From Candidatus Omnitrophota bacterium (GTDB lineage: Bacteria > Omnitrophota > Gorgyraeia > Gygaellales > Profunditerraquicolaceae), in assembly GCA_903882345.1 (NCBI GenBank), contig CAIRWO010000149.1, positions 1 through 33,001 of the forward strand: 33,001 nucleotides of DNA, read 5' to 3'. Both the position numbers and the translations under genes were made by a program. The notes under the pieces were generated by a model. The model did no database searches, had not been told where the DNA came from, and worked only from the letters and a program-made list of their open reading frames with translations. Shown in pieces: positions 27,226 to 33,001 of this stretch; position 1 is the stretch's first letter; the number at the start of each line of letters is the position of its first letter.

Positions 27226-28608
27226 ATGAGAAAGATCTATCTGGCATCCGATTCTAAAGCAAGAAAGAAGCTCCTGAAAATTTTCGGCCTGAACTTTAAG
27301 GTCCTGCCGAGCAAAATCAGGGAAAAAACTGCAGCTGGCAGCCTTTCTTATACGCAGCTTGTCAAAACAAATGCCCTTAAGAAGGCAGCCGATGTCGCGT
27401 CCAGGGTTAAAAACGGAGTTGTCATCGCGGCGGATACGATCGTTGTCTGCGGCGGCAAAGTCTTCGGCAAGCCCAAAGATCTAAGCGGGGCGCGGAAAAT
27501 GCTAAAAGTCCTGGCAGGCAAACCCCAGTGGCTTTACACGGGCCTGGCAATAATTGATAAAGACAACAAAAAGGTAAAGACCGCCTGCGAAAAAACAAAG
27601 ATCTATATGGATAAGCTGACGGATAAAGAAATAGATAATTATTTCGCCGCTGTTTCGCCGCTGGATAAAGCAGGCAGTTTCGATATCCAGGGCAAAGGCG
27701 CATTTTTTATCCGGCGTATCGAAGGCTGCTTTTATAATGTTGTCGGCCTGCCGCTAAGAAGGCTGTATTTAATACTTAAGAGCCTTGATCTAAAAGTATT
27801 CATGTTTTTGTTTTTTCTTTTGCCTTTTGCCTTTTGCCTTTTGCTCTCCGGCTGTACGACAGAATATAACACTGTTACCGGAGAAGAAGAGACCTATTTC
27901 TACAGTACAGACAGGGAAGTGGCAATAGGGGAGTCGATCAACCGGGCGGTGGAAAAAGAATATAAATTTGTGGAAGACCCTCTGGTAGAAAAACGCGTGA
28001 AAGATATCGGTGAAAAAATCGCTGCTGTCTGCGACAGAAAAGAAATTACCTATCATTTTAAGGTCTTAGACGATGATGAAGTAAACGCCGTATCCCTGCC
28101 CGGCGGGTTTGTCTATATAAATAAGGGATTGATCGAAAAGGTGGCTAACGATGATGAGCTGGCAGGGGTAATCGCACACGAAGTCGGCCATATTGTTGCG
28201 CGCCACAGCATAAAGAAGCTGCAAGGAGAGATAGGATATTCTATATTAAGGCTTTTGGTTGCGGCTGCGCCGCGGTCCGGCGGCGAGGTAGGCGGAGCAG
28301 CAGACGCTGCCTTTACCGAATTGATGCTGGGTTATTCCAGGGAAGACGAGCTGCTTGCCGACCAGCTGGGCGCGCGTTACGCAAAGCTAGCCGGATATAA
28401 CCCCCGCGGGATGCTTGAGTTTCTTCTAAAATTACAGGCCATAGACAAGCGCAGGCCGCTTGCCCCGAAGTCATATTTTAAAACTCATCCTTATGTTCCG
28501 GACAGGATCCGCGTAGTAAAGGAAGAACTGGGAGAGGGGATGAATTTTAAAGATTACATAAATATTGAGCAAGTCTCGCACGGAGTTAAACAGGATCCGC
28601 ATGAATAG
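27226..28608 (+). CDS. maf: Single ORF joining a Maf-like nucleoside-triphosphate pyrophosphatase domain (about 27226-27801) to an M48 peptidase with a lipoprotein signal
   Basis: The Maf part runs from MRKIYLASDSKARKKLL through GSFDIQG to VVGLPL. No stop codon occurs before M at 27802. The ATG at 27226 lies just after the upstream stop and is preferred over the track start at 27193. Confidence 0.6.
   Translation: MRKIYLASDSKARKKLLKIFGLNFKVLPSKIREKTAAGSLSYTQLVKTNALKKAADVASRVKNGVVIAADTIVVCGGKVFGKPKDLSGARKMLKVLAGKPQWLYTGLAIIDKDNKKVKTACEKTKIYMDKLTDKEIDNYFAAVSPLDKAGSFDIQGKGAFFIRRIEGCFYNVVGLPLRRLYLILKSLDLKVFMFLFFLLPFAFCLLLSGCTTEYNTVTGEEETYFYSTDREVAIGESINRAVEKEYKFVEDPLVEKRVKDIGEKIAAVCDRKEITYHFKVLDDDEVNAVSLPGGFVYINKGLIEKVANDDELAGVIAHEVGHIVARHSIKKLQGEIGYSILRLLVAAAPRSGGEVGGAADAAFTELMLGYSREDELLADQLGARYAKLAGYNPRGMLEFLLKLQAIDKRRPLAPKSYFKTHPYVPDRIRVVKEELGEGMNFKDYINIEQVSHGVKQDPHE
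27802..28608 (+). CDS. M48-family Zn metallopeptidase lipoprotein (possible internal start in the same frame)
   Basis: MFLFFLLPFAFCLLLSGC carries a lipobox (LSGC). The HEVGHIVARH HExxH motif is present. I see no obvious SD upstream of 27802. Confidence 0.55.
   Translation: MFLFFLLPFAFCLLLSGCTTEYNTVTGEEETYFYSTDREVAIGESINRAVEKEYKFVEDPLVEKRVKDIGEKIAAVCDRKEITYHFKVLDDDEVNAVSLPGGFVYINKGLIEKVANDDELAGVIAHEVGHIVARHSIKKLQGEIGYSILRLLVAAAPRSGGEVGGAADAAFTELMLGYSREDELLADQLGARYAKLAGYNPRGMLEFLLKLQAIDKRRPLAPKSYFKTHPYVPDRIRVVKEELGEGMNFKDYINIEQVSHGVKQDPHE
27817..27844 (+). repeat. Tandem heptanucleotide repeat (CTTTTGC)x4 inside the signal-peptide coding region
   Basis: Four perfect consecutive 7-nt units were read directly at 27817-23, 27824-30, 27831-37 and 27838-44. 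Confidence 0.9.
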
Positions 28609-29680
28609 AAAAATATTCTTCTGGATAGTGCCGATTCTCTTTGCTATATTATGCTTAAAATCCTATGCAGAGGATTTAACCGGCCAGGATAAGATGGATA
28701 ATAACCCTTTTGGCGTGCTGGAGTTTCCGCATTGGAACGACGATTGGAACAATTATAAATACCCGGACGTAAAATCCTTAGTCCATGTGCTGTCTTCGAT
28801 GAAAGAGGCAGGCGTAGGCTGGGTAAGGGCTGATTTCTTATGGCAGGATATCGAACCGCAAGAGGGTAAGTTTGACTTTACCAAATACGATACAATAGTA
28901 GATCTATTTACCCTCAACGGCATTAAGATACTGGGTATTTTGGATTACAGCGCTAATTGGGCTTCCGGCTGTAGCCAGTGGAACTGTGCCCCGCGCGAGA
29001 ATAAATTATTCATTAATTACGCCGTAAGGGTCATTAAACACTATAAGGATCGCGTAAAATATTGGGAACTATGGAATGAGCCGGATTCTCCGGTTTACTG
29101 GCAGCCGCAGGACGGCCTGAAAAGCTACTGCGAGCTGCTTAAAGAATTCTATCCGGCGGCAAAAAAGGCCGACCCCGAATGCAAGATCTTAAACGGCGGA
29201 TTGGCAACCGCCAATTCCGGCGTAAACAAGCTTTATGATAACGGCGCAAAGGGCTATTTTGACATCCTTAACATCCATATCTTTGTTACACCTCTGAATA
29301 AAGGCGCAATAAAAACCGCGCTCGCCTATCCGCGCATGGCTTATAAGATAATGAAGCGTAACGGCGACGGAGATAAGAAGATCTGGATCACCGAGATCGG
29401 CTGTCCCGGCGTGAAACGCGGAGTCAAGGCTGCGAACTGGTGGCTGGGCAGGAATCCTACAGAGAAACAGCAGGCAGTCTGGGTCAAAGAAGTTTTTTCC
29501 CAGTTGATAAAGGCAGAGGTAGTGGAAAAAGTTTTCTGGGCGTTTTTCCGCGACTGCAAAGATCACTGGCATGACGGCACGGATTATTTCGGCCTGGTGC
29601 GCTGGAATTTTTCCAAAAAAGCGTCGTTTAAGGCGTATAAAGAATGTTTCCAGGAGTGGAAACAGAAAAAGGAAAGATAA
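28601..29680 (+). CDS. Secreted clan GH-A (TIM-barrel, GH5/GH39-like) glycoside hydrolase
   Basis: It has the signal peptide MNRKIFFWIVPILFAILCLKSYA. The acid/base motif is WELWNEPD and the nucleophile motif is IWITEIG. The ATG at 28601 overlaps the upstream stop (ATGAATAG). Confidence 0.65.
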   Translation: MNRKIFFWIVPILFAILCLKSYAEDLTGQDKMDNNPFGVLEFPHWNDDWNNYKYPDVKSLVHVLSSMKEAGVGWVRADFLWQDIEPQEGKFDFTKYDTIVDLFTLNGIKILGILDYSANWASGCSQWNCAPRENKLFINYAVRVIKHYKDRVKYWELWNEPDSPVYWQPQDGLKSYCELLKEFYPAAKKADPECKILNGGLATANSGVNKLYDNGAKGYFDILNIHIFVTPLNKGAIKTALAYPRMAYKIMKRNGDGDKKIWITEIGCPGVKRGVKAANWWLGRNPTEKQQAVWVKEVFSQLIKAEVVEKVFWAFFRDCKDHWHDGTDYFGLVRWNFSKKASFKAYKECFQEWKQKKER

Positions 29681-29681
29681 A

Positions 29682-29993
29682 ATGTTCATACTCGCCAACC
29701 TCTTGATCACTTTAGCCCAGATGCTGGATATCGTGTTGACGATAGTCTACTGGCTTATCCTGATACGCGCGCTGGTCAGCTGGGTAAATCCCGACCCCTA
29801 CAATCCGATAGTGCAGTTTTTATACAGCGTAACCGAGCCCCTGCTTTACCCGATCAGAAGGATCCTGCCGGCAACATTAAGGTTTGGTATTGATATTTCC
29901 CCGATCATCGCCTTCCTTGCGATAATGTTTTTAAAGTCATTTCTCGTCCGGACACTGCTGGACATCAGCTCGCGGATAAGGCTGGTAAGCTAA
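29682..29993 (+). CDS. yggT: YggT family membrane protein
   Basis: ILIRALVSWVNPDPYNPIVQFLYSVTEPLLYPIRRILP is the YggT signature region. The ATG at 29682 follows AAAGGAAAG and the upstream stop. Confidence 0.8.
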   Translation: MFILANLLITLAQMLDIVLTIVYWLILIRALVSWVNPDPYNPIVQFLYSVTEPLLYPIRRILPATLRFGIDISPIIAFLAIMFLKSFLVRTLLDISSRIRLVS

Positions 29994-30003
29994 GCATAAT
30001 GGC

Positions 30004-30032
30004 TTGACAAAGATATAATATTATGGTATACA
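30004..30032 (+). promoter_or_regulatory. Candidate sigma70 promoter of the kdp leader (TTGACA, 17-nt spacer, TGgTATACA)
   Basis: The consensus -35 is at 30004-09 with a 17-nt spacer. An extended -10-like TGG plus TATACA is at 30024-32. Confidence 0.45.
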
Positions 30033-30072
30033 TTTAACCATAAGACACAAGGTTGTGTGAGTAAGAATAGAC

Positions 30073-30100
30073 AAAGACGTTTGCAAAGACGTCTTTTTTT
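30073..30100 (+). terminator. Hairpin plus T-run (AAAGACGT-TTGCAAAG-ACGTCTTT-TTTT); a possible weak terminator or a leader structure
   Basis: An 8-bp stem with 3 GC pairs forms from a 9-nt direct repeat CAAAGACGT (30072-80 and 30084-92). A run of 7 T follows. It lies between the candidate promoter and the riboswitch aptamer, so its role is unclear. Confidence 0.3.
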
Positions 30101-30109
30101 GTGCCTTAT

Positions 30110-30238
30110 ACATGCTTAATCCCTTAACAGGGAGCGGGGGAACCAGGAGCAGGATTTCAATAATCTTGGGGCGGATATCCGGTAATTGCGGATTAAGGTT
30201 ACTCAACCTGAGCCCGACAGCTAACCTCGTAAGCTCAT
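30110..30238 (+). promoter_or_regulatory. c-di-AMP riboswitch aptamer (ydaO/yuaA class)
   Basis: From memory of the ydaO consensus, it has GCTTAATC (30114-21), GGGAGCGGGGGAACC (30130-44), TTGGGGCGGATATCC (30166-80) and CCCGACAGCTAACCTCGTAAGC (30213-34). P1 forms as GCTTA/TAAGC. It lies upstream of a K+ transporter operon. Confidence 0.8.
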
Positions 30239-30251
30239 AACAAGAGAATAC

Positions 30252-30283
30252 ACCAGAGAAAGTGTTCTCTGGTTTTCTTTTAG
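30252..30283 (+). terminator. Intrinsic terminator (expression platform of the riboswitch)
   Basis: A 9-bp stem ACCAGAGAA / TTCTCTGGT with loop AGTG is followed by TTTCTTTT. Confidence 0.75.
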
Positions 30284-30320
30284 TGAAAAAGACGCCAATC
30301 CATCCTATAGGATTGGGTGT
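30274..30320 (-). repeat. Two-hairpin element, copy E, inverted orientation
   Basis: The minus strand reads ACACCCAATCC-TATAGGAT-GGATTGGCGT, then CTTTT-TCACT-AAAAG. The loop and the ACACCC are conserved and the 5-bp variable stem is fully swapped. There is no AAGGA and no downstream gene on the minus strand. Confidence 0.5.
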
Positions 30321-30350
30321 CTATTAGGTTAGGTGTATTTGACATTAAAT

Positions 30351-30440
30351 ATGAAAGAAAAAGTATATTGGATGGGAGTTATTGTTTGCGCTATACTAAT
30401 ACTATATCTTTCTATTAGTTTTTGCCTGATTCGCCATTAA
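30351..30440 (+). CDS. Small hydrophobic ORF (29 aa), KdpF-like: MKEKVYWMGVIVCAILILYLSISFCLIRH
   Basis: It is a single TM helix and shares the pattern YW-G-I----L--YL-I with the adjacent kdpF product. It has no clear SD and falls below the length cutoff of the ORF track. Confidence 0.4.
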   Translation: MKEKVYWMGVIVCAILILYLSISFCLIRH

Positions 30441-30476
30441 GAAAGTTATGCCTGCTAACGAAAGATTGAGGTAATA

Positions 30477-30557
30477 ATGGACATTTTAATAATAGCAATA
30501 ATACTTATTATTACACTAGCTTCTTTTGCTTTTATTACCCTTTGCTCTAAGGTCTAA
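30477..30557 (+). CDS. Small hydrophobic ORF (26 aa): MDILIIAIILIITLASFAFITLCSKV
   Basis: GAGG lies 5 nt upstream of the ATG. The product is a single TM helix. The final A of its TAA stop is the first base of repeat copy C. Confidence 0.45.
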   Translation: MDILIIAIILIITLASFAFITLCSKV

Positions 30558-30603
30558 CACCCGAACCTATCGGATGGTTCGGTGTCCATAATCTATGGAA
30601 GGA
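30557..30603 (+). repeat. Two-hairpin element, copy C (spacer before kdpF)
   Basis: Hairpin 1 is ACACCCGAACC-TATCGGAT-GGTTCGGTGT. Hairpin 2 is TCCATA-ATC-TATGGA. The element ends in AAGGA, 8 nt before the kdpF ATG. Confidence 0.75.
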
Positions 30604-30611
30604 ATCTTATA

Positions 30612-30701
30612 ATGATTATTTATTGGATCGGCGGAATTATTTCTTTTCTCCTGTTTATTTATCTCTTAATAGCCCTTTTAAAACCGGAGATTTTCTCGTG
30701 A
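30612..30701 (+). CDS. kdpF: K+-transporting ATPase subunit F (29 aa): MIIYWIGGIISFLLFIYLLIALLKPEIFS
   Basis: Its size, single TM helix and ...YLLxALLxPExF ending are typical of KdpF. Its stop overlaps the kdpA GTG (GTGA). Confidence 0.75.
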   Translation: MIIYWIGGIISFLLFIYLLIALLKPEIFS

Positions 30702-32443
30702 ATTTGAACAATTTTATCCAAATATCTATTTATTTAGCGACATTGCTTCTTTTGGTTAAGCCATTGGGCACTTATATGGCGCGAGTCTATGAAGGCAAGC
30801 CTAGCGGTTTAAATGTTTGGTTCGGCTGGTTAGAGAAGCTGATCTATCGGCTTATAGGAACTAATTCTCAACAAGAGATGTCTTGGAAGACCTATGCAGT
30901 GGCAGCGATGTTGTTCAATATAATAGGTATAATTATAGTATATGCCATTCAGCGCCTTCAAGCGCACCTTCCTTTAAATCCGATGTCTATGCCGGCAGTA
31001 AGCGCAGACCTTTCGTTCAATACGGCTGTCAGTTTTGCTACCAATACAAACTGGCAGAGTTATGGCGGAGAGACTACCTTAAGTTATTTTACCCAGATGA
31101 TAGGTTTAACCGTGCAAAATTTTGTTTCCGCGGCAACAGGAATGGCGGTTTTGGTGGCTTCTATCAGAGGATTTATCCAAAAGCAGGCAGAAACGATCGG
31201 CAATTTCTGGGTAGACTTGGTCAGGTCAACGCTTTATATCCTGCTGCCGCTTTCTTTAATTCTGTCCTTAGTATTAGTATCACAGGGCGTGGTGCAAACT
31301 TTTAAGCCAAGCGCAAAGGTTGATCTGTTGCAATCGACAAAAGACTCTAGCGGGAAAATAATTTCCCAGCAGGAAATTGCTTTGGGCCCGGCTGCATCGC
31401 AGATAGCTATTAAACAGTTAGGGACAAACGGAGGAGGGTTCTTTAACGTTAATTCTGCTCATCCTTTCGAGAATCCTACGCCTTTATCAAACTTTCTAGA
31501 AGTGCTGGCGATAGTCCTGATAGGTGCTGCTTTATGTTATACGTTCGGCTATATGGTTAAGGATAAACGCCAGGGGTGGGCATTATTGATTGCTATGCTG
31601 ATTATTTTTATTCCCTGTCTTTGGACGTGTGTCCATTTTGAGCAAAAAGGCAACCCTTTGTTTAAGAACCTTGGCGTTGATCAAAGTTATTCGGCAACGC
31701 AACCAGGCGGGAACATGGAAGGAAAAGAAGCGCGTTTCGGAATCGCGAATTCCGCCATCTGGGCCGCAGCTACTACTGCGGCTTCCAACGGTTCAGTGAA
31801 TTCAATGCATGATTCCTATATGCCTCTGGGTGGTTTAATTCCCCTGTGGCTTATACAATTAGGCGAAGTTGTTTTTGGAGGAGTAGGTTCAGGACTTTAT
31901 GGTATGCTTGCGTTTGTGATTGTCGCTGTTTTTATTTCCGGGCTGATGATCGGCAGGACTCCCGAATACCTGGGAAAGAAAATCGAAAGCTTTGAAATGA
32001 AGATGGCGGCGCTTATTCTTTTGATCCCGCATATATGTGTGCTTTTAGGAACAGCAATCGCGGTTGTCTTACCCAAAGCAAAGGCGGCAATCTTAAACCC
32101 CGGAGCGCATGGTTTTAGCGAAGTGCTGTATGCCTTTACTTCTGCCGGAAACAATAACGGCAGCGCGTTTGCCGGTTTATCAAGTAATACATTTTTTTAT
32201 AATATTGCCTTAGGTTTAGCAATGTTTTTTTCAAGATACTGGCTTATTATACCAATGCTGGCGATTGCCGGTTCGCTTTCTAAGAAAAAGATCGTGCCGG
32301 CGAGCGTAGGAACGCTGCCTACGCATACGCCGCTTTTTATCATATTTTTAGTGATGGTTGTTTTGATTGTCGGAGCGCTTACATTTTTTCCGGCCTTGTC
32401 TTTGGGGCCGATTGTCGAACATCTTATGTTACGCGGGGGTTAA
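30698..32443 (+). CDS. kdpA: K+-transporting ATPase subunit A
   Basis: VKPLGTYMARVYEG, NWQSYGGE, LGTNGGGFF and TSAGNNNGSAFAG are KdpA selectivity-filter-like regions. I prefer the GTG at 30698 over the track ATG at 30623, which runs through kdpF. Confidence 0.92.
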   Translation: MNLNNFIQISIYLATLLLLVKPLGTYMARVYEGKPSGLNVWFGWLEKLIYRLIGTNSQQEMSWKTYAVAAMLFNIIGIIIVYAIQRLQAHLPLNPMSMPAVSADLSFNTAVSFATNTNWQSYGGETTLSYFTQMIGLTVQNFVSAATGMAVLVASIRGFIQKQAETIGNFWVDLVRSTLYILLPLSLILSLVLVSQGVVQTFKPSAKVDLLQSTKDSSGKIISQQEIALGPAASQIAIKQLGTNGGGFFNVNSAHPFENPTPLSNFLEVLAIVLIGAALCYTFGYMVKDKRQGWALLIAMLIIFIPCLWTCVHFEQKGNPLFKNLGVDQSYSATQPGGNMEGKEARFGIANSAIWAAATTAASNGSVNSMHDSYMPLGGLIPLWLIQLGEVVFGGVGSGLYGMLAFVIVAVFISGLMIGRTPEYLGKKIESFEMKMAALILLIPHICVLLGTAIAVVLPKAKAAILNPGAHGFSEVLYAFTSAGNNNGSAFAGLSSNTFFYNIALGLAMFFSRYWLIIPMLAIAGSLSKKKIVPASVGTLPTHTPLFIIFLVMVVLIVGALTFFPALSLGPIVEHLMLRGG

Positions 32444-32491
32444 CACCCCGCGCTTATCGGATTTGCGCGGGTGTGCCCTTCTGGGCAAGGA
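32443..32491 (+). repeat. Two-hairpin element, copy D (kdpA-kdpB spacer), the most diverged copy
   Basis: Hairpin 1 is ACACCCCGCGC-TTATCGGATTT-GCGCGGGTGT. Hairpin 2 is TGCCC-TTCT-GGGCA. The element ends in AAGGA, 6 nt before the kdpB ATG, and starts on the last A of the kdpA TAA. Confidence 0.65.
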
Positions 32492-32497
32492 CTATCC

Positions 32498-33001
32498 ATG
32501 AGTAAGTTGCATAAAGCAAAATCTTTATTTGACTCTTCTATCGCCAGGGTAGCGGCTATTGATTCGCTAAGGAAATTAAATCCCGGACATCAGATCAAAA
32601 ACCCCGTGATGTTTGTGGTATTGGTAGGTAGTATTTTAACCACTGGATTATATATCCAGGCATTAACCGGCCATGGCGAAACCAAAGCCAGTTTTATTTT
32701 ATCCATAACCTTATGGTTATGGTTTACTTTGATTTTTGCTAACTTTGCCGAAGCTATGGCTGAGGGTAGGGGAAAGGCGCAAGCTGAAAGCTTGAAAAAG
32801 GCGCGTAAAGATACTCTTGCCAAAAAACTTTCAAAAGCCGAATACGGATTAGATTATGAAAAGATATCCGCCTCAATGCTGCGAAAAGGAGATATTGTCC
32901 TTGCTGAAGCGGGCGATATCATACCCATGGACGGAGAAGTTATCGAGGGCGTGGCAAGCGTTGATGAGAGCGCGATTACCGGAGAGAGCGCGCCTGTTAT
33001 A
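32498..33001 (+). CDS. kdpB: K+-transporting P-type ATPase subunit B, 5' part (runs off the window)
   Basis: It translates as [14 protein letters not shown]...[15 protein letters not shown]...[21 protein letters not shown]...[30 protein letters not shown], which closely matches the KdpB N-terminus. It is absent from the ORF track because no stop falls within the window. Confidence 0.92.
   Translation, partial: MSKLHKAKSLFDSSIARVAAIDSLRKLNPGHQIKNPVMFVVLVGSILTTGLYIQALTGHGETKASFILSITLWLWFTLIFANFAEAMAEGRGKAQAESLKKARKDTLAKKLSKAEYGLDYEKISASMLRKGDIVLAEAGDIIPMDGEVIEGVASVDESAITGESAPVI

Noticed and set aside
30043-30060. AGACACAAGGTTGTGTGA as a possible collapsed copy of the element (AGACAC...GTGTG ends)
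   Set aside because: Only the terminal few bases match and there is no loop motif or second hairpin. The evidence is insufficient to call it a family member.
30883-31305. A 140-aa plus-strand ORF in an alternative frame within kdpA, and a 61-aa minus-strand ORF at 30021-30206
   Set aside because: The first is nested in the well-supported kdpA frame. The second lies antisense across the riboswitch. Neither has motifs or start signals.

Overview
The window is a densely packed housekeeping block, almost entirely on the plus strand. It comes from a diderm bacterium, since lptF and lptG are present. I cannot assign a taxon from sequence alone. Many adjacent genes overlap by 4-13 nt. Gene order: a GT4 (WecA/MraY-like) 3' fragment, a TPR protein, polA, glgA, coaE, rho, rpmE, prfA, prmC, murA, trpG-trpD-trpC-trpF, a TPR protein, mtnA, thiL, tsaE, tsaB, alr, then lptG/lptF/comF on the minus strand, a CaCA-like membrane protein, greA, a Nudix hydrolase, a GT39 (ArnT-like) glycosyltransferase, pyrE, an HI0933-type flavoprotein, a Maf domain fused in frame to an M48 lipoprotein peptidase, a clan GH-A glycosidase, yggT, and a kdp potassium-pump locus (kdpF, kdpA, kdpB 5' part). 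I saw no rRNA, tRNA, CRISPR array, transposase or recognisable defence genes. The most interesting signals are non-coding. (1) A 47-49 nt two-hairpin element occurs five times. Three copies fill the stop-to-start gap exactly and supply the Shine-Dalgarno of rpmE, kdpF and kdpB. One copy sits in frame inside the GT39 CDS. One copy is inverted in the kdp leader. Both hairpins show compensatory base changes between copies. (2) A c-di-AMP (ydaO-type) riboswitch with an intrinsic terminator lies upstream of kdp. It is followed by two small hydrophobic ORFs absent from the supplied ORF track, one of them KdpF-like. (3) A 167-nt region between trpF and the next gene is bounded by perfect 19-bp inverted repeats and has nested, mutually exclusive pairings. 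(4) Maf and an M48 lipoprotein peptidase are joined with no stop codon, and a heptanucleotide x4 repeat lies in the signal-peptide region. All functional calls come from reading the translated ORFs and recalling family motifs. No database search was run.
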